Of a stretch of 64,000 bases of DNA, positions 50,927 to 63,773 are shown piece after piece. Every line of letters begins with the position of its first letter. Position 1 is the stretch's first letter. Position numbers and translations under genes: made by a program. This stretch comes from Euglena gracilis. Taxonomy: Eukaryota. Below the pieces are notes generated by a model that saw nothing but the letters and a program-made list of their open reading frames with translations, did not search any database and was not told where the DNA came from. The stretch lies in NCBI GenBank assembly GCA_039621445.1, contig CP154954.1, positions 34,259,737 through 34,323,736 of the forward strand, given 5' to 3'.

Positions 50927-53900
50927 TACTCGGAGTAAGGCCCAATTTGGTCCATTTTTACATGGTAGCCTGGGCTGACCTGGTAAACGTCCCCCGGAAT
51001 GGTCGAATGCACCCATCTAAATGTGCTCATTTCTTGCAACCAACATTCCCGCTGCGTGTTTTTCTTACCATTGAACCACGACAATCATGAAACCAACGGA
51101 TCCCCTGACTTTGGAGGCCTCCTGGAACACCCATTCGGTTACTCGGAGTGAATTTGGTCCATTTTTTACATGGTAACCTGGGCTGACCTGGTAAATGTCT
51201 CACGGAATGGTCGAATGTGCCCATCTAAATGTGCTCATTTCTTGCAGCCAACATTCCCGCTGTATGTTTTTCTTACCATTAAACCACGACAATCATGAAA
51301 ACAACGGGTCCCCTGACTTTGAAGGCTTCCTGGAACACCCATTCGGTTACTCGGAGTAAAGCCCATTTTGGTCCATTTTTACATGGTAACCTGGGCTGAC
51401 CTGATAAATGTCCCCCGGAATGGTCGAATGCACCCATCTAAATGTGCTCATTTCTTGCAACCAACATTCCCGCTGCATTGTTTGCTTACCAATAAACCAC
51501 GACAATCATGAAACCAACGGGTCCCCTGACTTTGGAGGCCTCCTGGAACACCCATTCGGTTACTCGGAGTAAGGCCCAATTTGGTTCATTTTTACATGGT
51601 AACCTGGGCTGACCTGGTAAATGTCCCCAAGAAGGGTGGAATGCACCCATCTAAATGTGCTCATTTTTTGCAACCAACATTCCTGCTACATGTTTTTCTT
51701 ACCATTAAACCACGACATTCATGAAACCAACGGGACCCCTTACTTTGGAGGCCTCCTGGAACACCCATTCGGTTACTCGGAGTAAGGCCCAATTTAGTCC
51801 ATTTTTACATGGTAACCTGGGATGACCTGGTAAATGTCCCCCGGAATGGTCGAATGCACCCATCTAAATGTGCTCATTTCTTGCAACCAACATTCCCGCA
51901 GCACGTTTTTCTTACCATTAAACCACGACAGTCATGAAACCAACGGGTCCCCTGACTTTGGAGGCCTCCTGGAACACCCATTCGGTTACTCGGAGTACGG
52001 CCCAATTTGGTCCATTTTTACAAGGTAACCTGGGCTGACCTGGTAAATGTCACCCGGAATGGTCGAATACACCCATCTAAATGTGCTCATTTCTTGCAAC
52101 CAACATTCCCGCTGCATGTTTTTCTTACCATTAAACCACGACAATCATGAAACCAACGGGTCCCCTGACTTTGGAGGCCTCCTGGAACACCCATTCAGTT
52201 ACTCGGAGTAAGGCCCAATTTGGTCCATTTTTACAAGGTAACCTGGGCTGACCTGGTAAATGTCACCCGGAATGGTCGAATACACCCATCTAAATGTGCT
52301 CATTTCTTGCAACCAACATTCCCGCTGCATTGTTTGCTTACCAATAAACCACGACAATCATGAAACCAACGGGTCCCCTGACTTTGGAGGCCTCCTGGAA
52401 CACCCATTCGGTTACTCGGAGTAAGGCCCAATTTGGTTCATTTTTACATGGTAACCTGGGCTGACCTGGTAAATGTCCCCAAGAAGGGTGGAATGCACCC
52501 ATCTAAATGTGCTCATTTTTTGCAACCAACATTCCTGCTACATGTTTTTCTTACCATTAAACCACGACATTCATGAAACCAACGGGACCCCTTACTTTGG
52601 AGGCCTCCTGGAACACCCATTCGGTTACTCGGAGTAAGGCCCAATTTGGTCCATTTTTACATGGTAACCTGGGATGACCTGGTAAATGTCCCCCGGAATG
52701 GTCGAATGCACCCGTCTAAATGTGCTCATTTCTTGCAACCAACATTCCCACTGCCTGTTTATCTTACCATTAAACCACGAAAATCATGAAACCAACGGGT
52801 CCCCTGACTTTGGAGGCCTCCTGGAACACCCATTCAGTTACTCGGAGTAAGGCCCAATTTGGTCGATTTTTACATGGGAACCTGGGCTGACCTGGTAAAT
52901 GTCCCCCGGAATGGTCGAATACACCCATCTAAATGTGCACATTTCTTGCAACCAACATTCCCGCTGCATGTTTTTCTTATTATTAAACCACGACAATCAT
53001 GAAACCAACGGGTCCCCTGACTTTGGAGGCCTCCTGGAACACCCATTCAGTTACTCGGGGTAAGGCCCAATTTGGTCCATTTTTACATGGTAACCTGGGC
53101 TGACCTGGTAAATGTCCCCCGGAATGGTCGAATGCAGCCATCTAAACGTGCTCATTTCTTGCAACCAACATTCCCCTTGCATGTCTTTATTACCATTAAA
53201 CCACGAAAATAATGAAATCAACGGGTCCCCTGACTTTGGAGGCCTCCTGGAACACCAATTCGGTTACTCGAAGTAAGGCCCAATTTGGTCCATTTTTACA
53301 TGGTAACCTGGGCTGACCTGATAAATGTCCCCCGGAATGGTCGAATGCACCCATCTAAATGTGCTCATTTCTTGCAACCAACATTCCCGCTGCCTTTTTT
53401 TTTTACCATTAAACCACGACAATCATGAAACCAACGGATCCCCTGACTTTGGAGGCCTCCTGGAACACCCATTCAGTCACTCGGAGTAAGGCCCAATTTG
53501 GTCCATTTTTTACATGGTAACCTGGGCTGACCTGGTAAATGTCTCACGGAATTGTCGAATGTGCCCATCTAAATGTGCTCATTTCTTGCAGCCAACATTC
53601 CCGCTGTATGTTTTTCTTACCATTAAACCACGACAATCATGAAACCAACGGGTCCCCTGACTTTGGAGGCTTCCTGGAACACCCATTCGGTTACTCGGAG
53701 TAAGGCCCATTTTGGTCCACTTTTACATGGTAACCTGGGCTGACCTGGTAAATGTCCCCCGGAATGGTCGAATGCAGCCATCTAAACGTGCTCATTTCTT
53801 GCAACCAACATTCCCTCTGCGTGTCTTTTTTACCATTAAACCACGAAAATCATGCAACCAACGGGTCCCCTGACTTTGGAGGCCTCCTGGAACACCAATT

Positions 53901-56900
53901 CGGTTACTCGGAGTAAGGCCTAATTTGGTCCATTTTTACATGGTAACCTGGGGTGACCTGGTAAATGTCCCCCGGAATGGTCGAATGCAACCATCTAAAT
54001 GTGCTCATTTCTTGCAACCAGCGTTCCCGCTGCATGTTTTTCTTACCATTAAACCACGACAATCATGAAACCAACGGGTCCCCTGACTTTGGAGGCCTCC
54101 TGGAGCACAATTCGGTTACTCGGAGTAAGGCCCAATTTGGTCCATTTTTACATGGTAACCTGGGCTGACCTGGTAAATGTGCCCCTGAATGGTCGAATAC
54201 ACCCATCTAAATGTGCTGATTTCTTGCAACCAACATTCCCGCTGCATTGTCTGCTTTCCAATAAACCACGAAAATCATGAAACCAACGGGTCCCCTGACT
54301 TTGGAGGCCTCCTGGAACACCTATTCGGTTACTCGGAGTAAGGCCCAATTTGGTTCATTTTTACATGGTAACCTGGGCTGACCTGGTAAATGTCCCCAAG
54401 AATGGTCGAATGCACCCATCTAAATGTGCTCATTTCTTGCAACCAACGTTCCCGCTGCATGTTTTTCTTACCATTAAACCACGACAATCATGAAACCAAC
54501 GGGTCCCCTGACTTTGGAGGACTCCTGGAACACCCATTCGGTTACTCGGAGTAAGGCCCAATTTGGTCCATTTTTACATGGTAACCTGGGCTGACCTGGT
54601 AAATGTCTCACGGAATGGTCGAATGCAGCCATCTAAACGTGCTCAATTCTTGCAACCAACATTCCCTCTGCGTGTCTTTTTTACCATTAAACCACGAAAA
54701 TCATGAAACCAACGGGTCCCCTGACTTTGGAGGCCTCCTGGAACACCAATTCGGTTACTCGGAGTAAGGCCCAATTTGGTCCATTTTTACATGGTAACCT
54801 TGGCTGACCTGGTAAATGTCCCCCTGAATGGTCGAATGCAACCATCTAAATGTGCTCATTTCTTGCAACCAACATTCCCGCTGCATGTTTTTCTTACCAT
54901 TAAACCACGACAATCATGAAACCAACGGGTCCCCTGACTTTGGAGGCCTCCTGGAGCACAATTCGGTTACTCGGAGTAAGGCCCAATTTGGTCCATTTTT
55001 ACATGGTAACCTGGGCTCACCTGGTAAATGTGCCCCAGAATGGTCGAATACACCCATCTAAATGTGCTGATTTCTTGCAACCAACATTCCCGCTGCATTG
55101 TTTGCTTTCCAATAAACCACGAAAATCATGAAACCAACGGGTCCCCTGACTTTGGAGGCCTCCTGGAACACCCATTCGGTAACTCGGAGTAAGGCCCAAT
55201 TTGGTCCATTTTTACATGGTAACCTGGGCTGACCTGGTAAATGTCCCCCGGAATGGTCGAATGCACCCATCTAAATGTGCTTATTTCTTGCAACCAACAT
55301 TCCCGCTGCATGTTTTTTTTACCATTAAACCACGACAATCATGAAACCAACGGGTCCCCTGACTTTGGAGGCCTCCTGGAACACCCATTCGGTTACTCGG
55401 AGTAAGGCCCAATTTGGTCCATTTTTACATGGTAACCTGGGCTGACCTGGTAAATGTCTCACGGAATGGTCGAATGTGCCCATCTAAATGTGCTCATTTC
55501 TTGCAACCAACATTCCCGCTGCATGTTTTTCTTACCATTAAACCACGACAATCATGAAACCAACGGGTCCCCTGACTTTGGAGGCTTCCTGGAACACCCA
55601 TTCGGTTACTCGGAGTAAGGCCCATTTTGGTCCATTTTTACATGGTAACCTGGGCTGACCTGGTAAATGTCCCCCGGAATGGTCGAATGCACCCATCTAA
55701 ATGTGCTCATTTCTTGCAACCAACATTCCCGCTGCCTGTTTTTCTTACCATTAAACCACGAAAATCATGAAACCAACGGGTCCCCTGACTTTGGAGGCCT
55801 CCTGGAACACCCATTCGGTTACTCGGAGTAAGGCCCAATTTGGTCCATTTTTACATGGTAACCTGGGCTGACCTGGTAAATGTGATCCGGAATGGTCGAA
55901 TGCACCCATCTATATGTGCTGATTTCTTGCAACCATCATTCCCGCTGCGTGTTTCTCTTACCATTAAACCACGACAATCATGAAACCAACGGGTCCCCTG
56001 ACTTTGGAGGCCTCCTGGAGCACAATTCGGTTACTCGGAGTAAGGCCGAATTTGGTCCATTTTTACATGGTAACCTGGGCTCACCTGGTAAATGTGCCCT
56101 AGAATGGTCGAATACACCCATCTAAATGTGCTGATTTCTTGCAACCAACATTCCCGCTGCATTGTTTGCTTACCATTAAACCACGAAAATCATGAAACCA
56201 ACGGGTCCCCTGACTTTGGAGGCCTCCTGGAACACCCATTCGGTTACTCGGAGTAAGGCCCAATTTGGTTCATTTTTACATGGTAACCTGGGCTGACCTG
56301 GTAAATGTCCCCAAGAATGGTCGAATGCACCCATCTAAATGTGCTCATTTCTTGCAACCAACGTTCCCGCTGCATGTTTTTCTTACCATTAAACCACGAC
56401 AATCATGAAACCAACGGGTCCCCTGACTTTGGAGGCCTCCTGGAACACCCATTCAGTTACTCGGAGTAAGGCCCAATTTGGTCCATTTTTACATGGTAAC
56501 CTGGGCTGACCTGGTAAATGTCTCACGGAATGGTCGAATGCAGCCATCTAAACGTGCTCAATTCTTGCAACCAACATTCCCTCTGCGTGTCTTTTTTACC
56601 ATTAAACCACGAAAATCATGAAACCAACGGGTCCCCTGACTTTGGAGGCCTCCTGGAACACCAATTCGGTTACTCGGAGTAAGGCCCAATTTGGTCCATT
56701 TTTACATGGTAACCTTGGCTGACCTGGTAAATGTCCCCCTGAATGGTCGAATGCAACCATCTAAATGTGCTCATTTCTTGCAACCAACGTTCCCGCTGCA
56801 TGTTTCTCTTACCATTAAACCACGACAATCATGAAACCAACGGGTCCCCTGACTTTGGAGGCCTCCTGGAGCACAATTCGGTTACTCGGAGTATGGCCCA

Positions 56901-59900
56901 ATTTGGTCCATTTTTACATGGTAACCTGGGCTCACCTGGTAAATGTGCCCCAGAATGGTCGAATACACCCATCTAAATGTGCTGATTTCTTGCAACCAAC
57001 ATTCCCGCTGCATTGTTTGCTTTCCAATAAACCACGAAAATCATGAAACCAACGGGTCCCCTGACTTTGGAGGCCTCCTGGAACACCCATTCGGTAACTC
57101 GGAGCAAGGCCCAATTTGGTTCATTTTTACATGGTAACCTGGGCTGACCTGGTAAATGTCCCCAAGAATGGTCGAATGCACCCATCTAAATGTGCTTATT
57201 TCTTGCAACCAACATTCCCGCTGCATGTTTTTTTTACCATTAAACCACGACAATCATGAAACCAACGGGTCCCCTGACTTTGGAGGCCTCCTGGAACACC
57301 CATTCGGTTACTCGGAGTAAGGCCCAATTTGGTCCATTTTTACATGGTAACCTGGGCTGACCTGGTAAATGTCTCACGGAATGGTCGAATGTGCCCATCT
57401 AAATGTGCTCATTTCTTGCAGCCAACATTCCCGCTGTATGTTTTTCTTACCATTAAACCACGACAATCATGAAACCAACGGGTTCCCTGACTTTGGAGGC
57501 TTCCTGGAACACCCATTCGGTTACTCGGAGTAAGGCCCATTTTGGTCCATTTTTACATGGTAACCTGGGCTGACCTGGTAAATGTCCCCCGGAATGGTCG
57601 AATGCACCCATCTAAATGTGCTCATTTCTTGCAACCAACATTCCCGCTGCATGTTTTTCTTACCATTAAACCACGAAAATCATGAAACCAACGGGTCCCC
57701 TGACTTTGGAGGCCTCCTGGAACACCCATTCGGTTACTCGGAGTAAGGCCCAATTTGGTCCATTTTTACATGGTAACCTGGGCTGACCTGGTAAATGTCT
57801 CACGGAATGGTCGAATGTGCCCATCTAAATGTGCTCATTTCTTGCAGCCAACATTCCCGCTGCCTGTTTTTCTTACCATTAAACCACGACAATCATGAAA
57901 CCAACGGGTCCCCTGACTTTGGAGGCCTCCTGGAGCACAATTCGGTTACTCGGAGTAAGGCCGAATTTGGTCCATTTTTACATGGTAACCTGGGCTCACC
58001 TGGTAAATGTGCCCCAGAATGGTCGAATACACCCATCTAAATGTGCTGATTTCTTGCAACCAACATTCCCGCTGCATTGTTTGCTTACCATTAAACCACG
58101 AAAATCATGAAACCAACGGGTCCCCTGACTTTGGAGGCCTCCTGGAACACCCATTCGGTTACTCGGAGTAAGGCCCAATTTGGTTCATTTTTACATGGTA
58201 ACCTGGGCTGACCTGGTAAATGTCCCCAAGAATGGTCGAATGCACCCATCTAAATGTGCTCATTTGTTGCAAGCAACATTCCCGCTACATGTTTTTCTTA
58301 CCATTAAACCACGACAATCATGAAACCAACGGGTCCCCTGACTTTGGAGGCCTCCTGGAACACCCATTCGGTTACGCGGAGTAAGGCCCAATTTGGTCCA
58401 TTTTTACATGGTAACCTGGGCTGACCTGGTAAATGTCTCACGGAATGGTCGAATGTGCCCATCTAAATGTGCTCATTTCTTGCAGCCAACATTCCCGCTG
58501 TATGTTTTTCTTACCATTTAAGCACGACAGTCAGGAACCCAACGGGTCCCCTGACTTGGGAGGCCTCCTGGAACATCCATTCGGTTATTCGGAGTAAGGC
58601 CTAATTTGGTCCATTTTTACATGGTAACCTGGGCTGACCTGGTAAATGTCCCCCGGAATGGTCGAATGCAACCATCTAAATGTGCTCATTTCCTGCAACC
58701 AACGTTCCCGCTGCATGTTTTTATTACCAATCAACCACGACAATCATGAAGCCAACGGGTCCCCTGACTTTGGAGGCCTCCTGGAACACCCATTCGGTTA
58801 TTCGGAGTAAGGCCCAATTTGGTCCATTTTTACATGGTAACCTGGGCCCACCTGGTAAATGTGCCACAGAATGGTCGAATACACCCATCTCAATGTGCTG
58901 ATTTCTTGCAATCAACATTCCCGCTGCATTGTTTGCTTACCAATAAACCACGACAATCATGAAACCGACGGGTCCCCTGACTTTGGAGGCCTCCTGGAAC
59001 ACCCGTTCGGTTACTCGGAGTAAGGCCCAATTTGGTTCATTTTTACATGGTAACCTGGGCTGACCTGGTAAATGTCCCCGAGAATGGTCGAATGCACCCA
59101 TCTAAATGTGCTCATTTCTTGCAACCAATATTCCCGCTACATGTTTTTCTTACCATTAAACCACGACATTCATGAAACCAACGGGACCCCTTACTTTGGA
59201 GGCCTCCTGGAACAGCCATTCGGTTACTCGGAGTAAGGCCCAATTTGGTCCGTTTTTACATGGTAACCTGGGATGACCTGGTAAATGTCCCCCGGAATGG
59301 TCGAATGAACCCATCTAAATGTGCTTATTTCTTGCAACCAACGTTCCCGCTGCATGTTTTTCTTACCATTAAACCACAACAATCATGAAACCAACGGGAC
59401 CCCTTACTTTGGAGGCCTCCTGGAACACCCATTCGGTTACTCGGAGTAAGGCCCATTTTGGTCCATTTTTACATGGTAACCTGGGATGACCTGGTAAATG
59501 TCCCCCGGAATGGTCGAATGCACCCATCTAAATGTGCTCATTTCTTGCAACGAATACTCCCGCTGCATGTTTTTCCTACCATTATTGCACGACAGTCATG
59601 AAACCAACGGGTCCCCTGACTTGGGAGGCCTCCTGGAACATCCATTCGGTTACTCGGAGTAAGGCCCAATTTGGTCCATTTTTACATGGTAACCTGGGCT
59701 GACCTGGTAAATGTCACCCGGAATGGTCGAATGCACCCATCTAAATGTGCTCATTTCTTGCAACCTACATTCCCGCGGCATGTTTTTCTTCCTATTAAAC
59801 CACGACAGTCATGTAACCAACGGGTCCCTTGACATTGGAGGCCTCCCAGAACACCCATTCGGTTACTCCGAGTATGGCCCACTTTGGTCCATTTTTACAT

Positions 59901-60726
59901 GGTAACCTGGGCTGACCTGGTAAATGTCCCCCGGAATGGTCGAACGAACCCAGCTAAATGTGCTGATTTCTTGCAACCAACGTTCCCGCTGCATGTTTTT
60001 CTTAAGATTAAACCACGACAATCATGAAACCAACGGGTCCCCTGACTTTGGAGGCCTCCTGGAACACCCAGTCGGTTACTCGGAGTAAGGCCCAATTTGG
60101 TCCATTTTTACATGGTAACCTGAGCTGACCAGGTAAATGTCCCCCGGAATGGTCGAATGCACCCATCTAAATGTGCTGATTTCTTGCAACCAACGTTCCC
60201 GCTGCATGTTTTTCTTTTCCATTAATCCACGACAATCATGAAACCAACGGGTCCCCTGACTTGGGAGGCCTCCTGGAACACCCATTCGGTTACTCGGAGT
60301 ACGGCCCAATTTGGTCCACTTTTACATGGTAACCTGGGATGACCTGGTAAATGTCCCCCGGAATGGTGGAAGGCACCCATCTAAATGTGCTCATTTCTTG
60401 CAACCAGCATTCCCGCTGCATGTTTTTCTTACCATTAAACCACGACAATCATGAAACCAACGGCTCCCCTGACTTTGGAGGCCTCCTGGAAGACCCATTC
60501 GGTTACTCGGAGTAAGGCCCAGTTTGGTCCATTTTTACATGGTAACCTGGGCTGACCTGGTAAATGTCCCCCGGAAGGTTCGAATGCACCCACCTAAATG
60601 TGCTCACTTCTTGCAACCAACATTCCCGCTGCACGTTTTTCTTAGCATTGAACCACGACAATCATGAAACCAACGGGTCACCTGACTTTGGAGGCCTCCT
60701 GGAACGCCCATTCGGTTACTCGGAGT
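50927..60726 (+). repeat. 213-bp satellite, forward, with 4+5-mer higher-order structure; more diverged after ~58.5 kb
   Basis: Marker GGAGCACAATTCGG at 54102, 54953, 56017, 56868, 57932. Confidence 0.98.
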
Positions 60727-61460
60727 TTTGAGTGCCCATTCTTGGCCTGGACCCAGTGTCTCACTTTTGACCTTTCTGGCATTGAACTTTTCAAAACTTC
60801 CAGCACAGCAAAAGCAAAGACAGGAATTCTTTGAGGTTAAATCAGTGACCCACGCAATCAGTGTAAGCATTTTTCTCCCTACAGAACAATTGGCATGTTT
60901 CAATGACTTTGCTGTCTTGAATTAGTAATTGCAGACTTGGAATTCGGGCAATCATGAAAAGGGGATCCTGATTTTTGTGCCCAGAATCGGGCAGCCAAAA
61001 AAAGGAATTGTGGGCCAAAAATCTGGGCAAGGAGGAAAATCTTCAGCTCCAAATGTCATTATGTGCCCTGCCGTACATCTGTGCCCATGCGGGCAAAGCA
61101 GAGTACCCCCCCCTTGTGCCCTGACCCTTCCCCAACTGGGCAATGACATCCATCTCTTTGGTGCCTGCCCTGTTGAAGGGAAATCTGGTCAAATCAAAAG
61201 GGGAAACCCAAAAGCAAAGTGCCCTGCAGGGCAAATCTCTACAAATGGTGGCTGGGCAATCACAAACCAAACCAGGAAAATGCTTACACTTAAATTGCAA
61301 TAAAATCACAGCAAACACACAAGGTTCAGCGCACAGGGAATGGCTTCAGCGGCTCCTCCTTCTTCCTCTTCTTGGATTGTAATCTCCTGATTCGTCTTTC
61401 CTTGCATGTGTCTTTTTGTTTCATCTTGTCTTCAGATTGATTGTCATCTTCTTCAGCAGC
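60727..61460. other. ~735-bp non-satellite insert, no TSD or TIR, accompanied by loss of ~95 bp of monomer
   Basis: Satellite stops at TTACTCGGAGT| and resumes near CTTGCA/CAACATTCCC. First 214 bp are an inverted homolog of 63317-63530. Confidence 0.9.
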
Positions 61461-62417
61461 TTGCACAACATTCCCGCTGCATGTTTTTCTTAACATTAAA
61501 CCACGACAATCATGAAACCAACGGGTCCCTTGACTTTGGAGGCCTCCTGGAACACCCATTCGGTTACTCGGAGTAACGACCATTTTCGTTCCATTTTTAC
61601 ATACATACATGGGAACCTGGGCTGACCTGGTAAATGTCCCCCGTAATGGTCGAATGCACCCATCTAAATGTGCTCATTTCTTGCAACCAACATTCCCTCT
61701 GCATGTTCTTTCTTACCATTAAACCACGACAATCATGAAACCAACGGGTCCCTGACTTTGGAGGCCTCCTGGAACACCCATTCGGTTACTCGGAGTAAGG
61801 CCCAATTTGGTCCATTTTTACATGGTAACCTGGGCTGACCTGGTAAATGTCCCCCGGAATGGTCGAATGCACCCATCTAAATGAGCTCATGTCTTGCAAC
61901 CAACCTTCCCGCTGCATGTTTTTATTACCATTGAACCACGACAATCATGAAACCAACGGGTCCCCTGACTTTGGAGGCCTCCTGCAACACCCATTCGGTT
62001 ACTCGGAGTAAGGCCCAATTTGGTCCATTTTTACATGGTAACCTGGGCTCACCTGGTAAATGTCCCCCGGAATGGTCGAACGCACCCATCCAAATGTGCT
62101 CATTTGTTGCAACCAACATTCCCGCTGCATGTTTTTCTTACCATTAAACCACGACAATCATGAAACCGACGGGTCCCCTGACTTTGGAGGCCTCCTGCAA
62201 CACCCATTCGGTTACTCGGAGTAAGGCCCAATTTAGTCCACTTTTACATGGTAACCTGGGCTGACCTGGTAAATGTCCCTCGGAATGGTCGAATGCACCC
62301 ATCTAAATGAGCTCATGTCTTGCAACCTACATTCCCGCTGCATGTTTTTCTTACCATTAAACCACGACAATCATGAAACCAACGGGTCCCTGACTTTGGA
62401 GGCCTCCTGGAACACCC
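61461..62417 (+). repeat. 213-bp satellite, forward, ~4.5 monomers
   Basis: Monomer sequence. Confidence 0.97.
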
Positions 62418-62585
62418 TACTGGAGGGTACGTTTTTGTTGGCCCCCCCAGGACCCAGGGATGACTGCCCAGGGGGGGGGTGACAATTCGGGCACATGGCA
62501 GATCAGGGTGAGGTTGGAATTTTGACTTGGCAAATTTGACCTGCGAATGCCAATTGACATTCCAAGGAATGTTCTGAAGGAAGGG
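62418..62585. other. 168-bp filler sequence at an inversion junction
   Basis: Non-satellite sequence between forward GGAACACCC| and reverse |GGGTGCATTC. Confidence 0.9.
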
Positions 62586-63305
62586 GGGTGCATTCGACCA
62601 TTCCGGGGGACATTTACCAGGTGAGCCCAGGTTACCATGTAAAAATGGACGAAATTGGGCCTTACTCCGAGTAACCGAATGGGTGTTCCAGGAGGCCTTC
62701 AAAGTCAGGGGACCCGTTGGTTTCGTGATTGTCGTGGTTCAATGGTAAGAAAAACATGCAGCGGGAATGTTGGTTGCAAGGAATGAGCACATTTAGATAG
62801 GTGCATTCGACCATTCCGGGGGACATTTACCAGGTCAGCCCAGGTTACCGTGTAAAAATGAACCAAATTGGGCCTTACTCCGAGTAACCGAATGGGTGTT
62901 CCAGGAGGCCTCCAAAGTCAGGGGACCCGTTGGTTTCACGATTGTCGTGGTTCAATGGTAAGACAAACATGCAGCGCGAATGTTGGTTGCAAGACATGAG
63001 CACATTTAGATGGGTGCATTCGACCATTCCCGGGGCATTTACCAGGTCAGCCCAGGTTACCATGTAAAAATGGACCAAATTGGGCCTTACTCCGAGTAAC
63101 CGAATGGGTGTTCCAGGAGGCCTCCAAAGTCAGGGGACCCGTTGGTTTCATGATTGTCGTGGTTCAATGGTATGAAAACCATGCAGCGGGAATGTTGGTT
63201 GCAAGAAATGAGCTCATTTAGATGGGAGCCTTCGAGCATTCCGGGGGACATTTACCAGGTCAGCCAAGGTTACCGTGTAAAAATGGACCAAATTGGGCCT
63301 TACTC
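62586..63305 (-). repeat. 213-bp satellite, short inverted block, ~3.4 monomers
   Basis: Reverse-complement monomers. Confidence 0.97.
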
Positions 63306-63773
63306 TGTAGGATTCGCCAAGTCTGCAATTCCTAATTCAATATTGCAAAGTCATTGAAGAATGCCAATTTTTCTGTAGGGAGCAAATTGCTTACACTGAT
63401 TGCGTGGGTCACTGATTGAACCTCAAAGAATTCCTGTCTTTGCTTTTGCTGTGCTGGAAGTTTTGAAAAGCTCAATGCCAGAAAGGTCAAAAGTGAGACA
63501 CTGGGTCCAGGCCAAGAATGGGCACTCAAACAATCAGTGTACACCCTGTACAATCAGTCAGCTCCCGGGCTTGATCAGCCCAGATGTCATTGAGGAAGCG
63601 TCCAGAAAGTTGCTGCAGGATGGAATGGGAAGATGCACCACATCCATGACAGAATGGGTACAGAAGATGCAATCCGGCAGCTGCAGATGTGGACAGATTG
63701 GGGTCCACTGCTGTCTAAGGACTGTGGTTGAAGGTGAAGCTGATCACCATGTACATCCTGTGTCTGAAGTCTA
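63306..63773. other. 468-bp filler sequence at an inversion junction, probable fragment of a dispersed repeat
   Basis: 63317-63530 matches the reverse complement of 60727-60940 (about 11 mismatches in 214 by eye). Confidence 0.88.
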
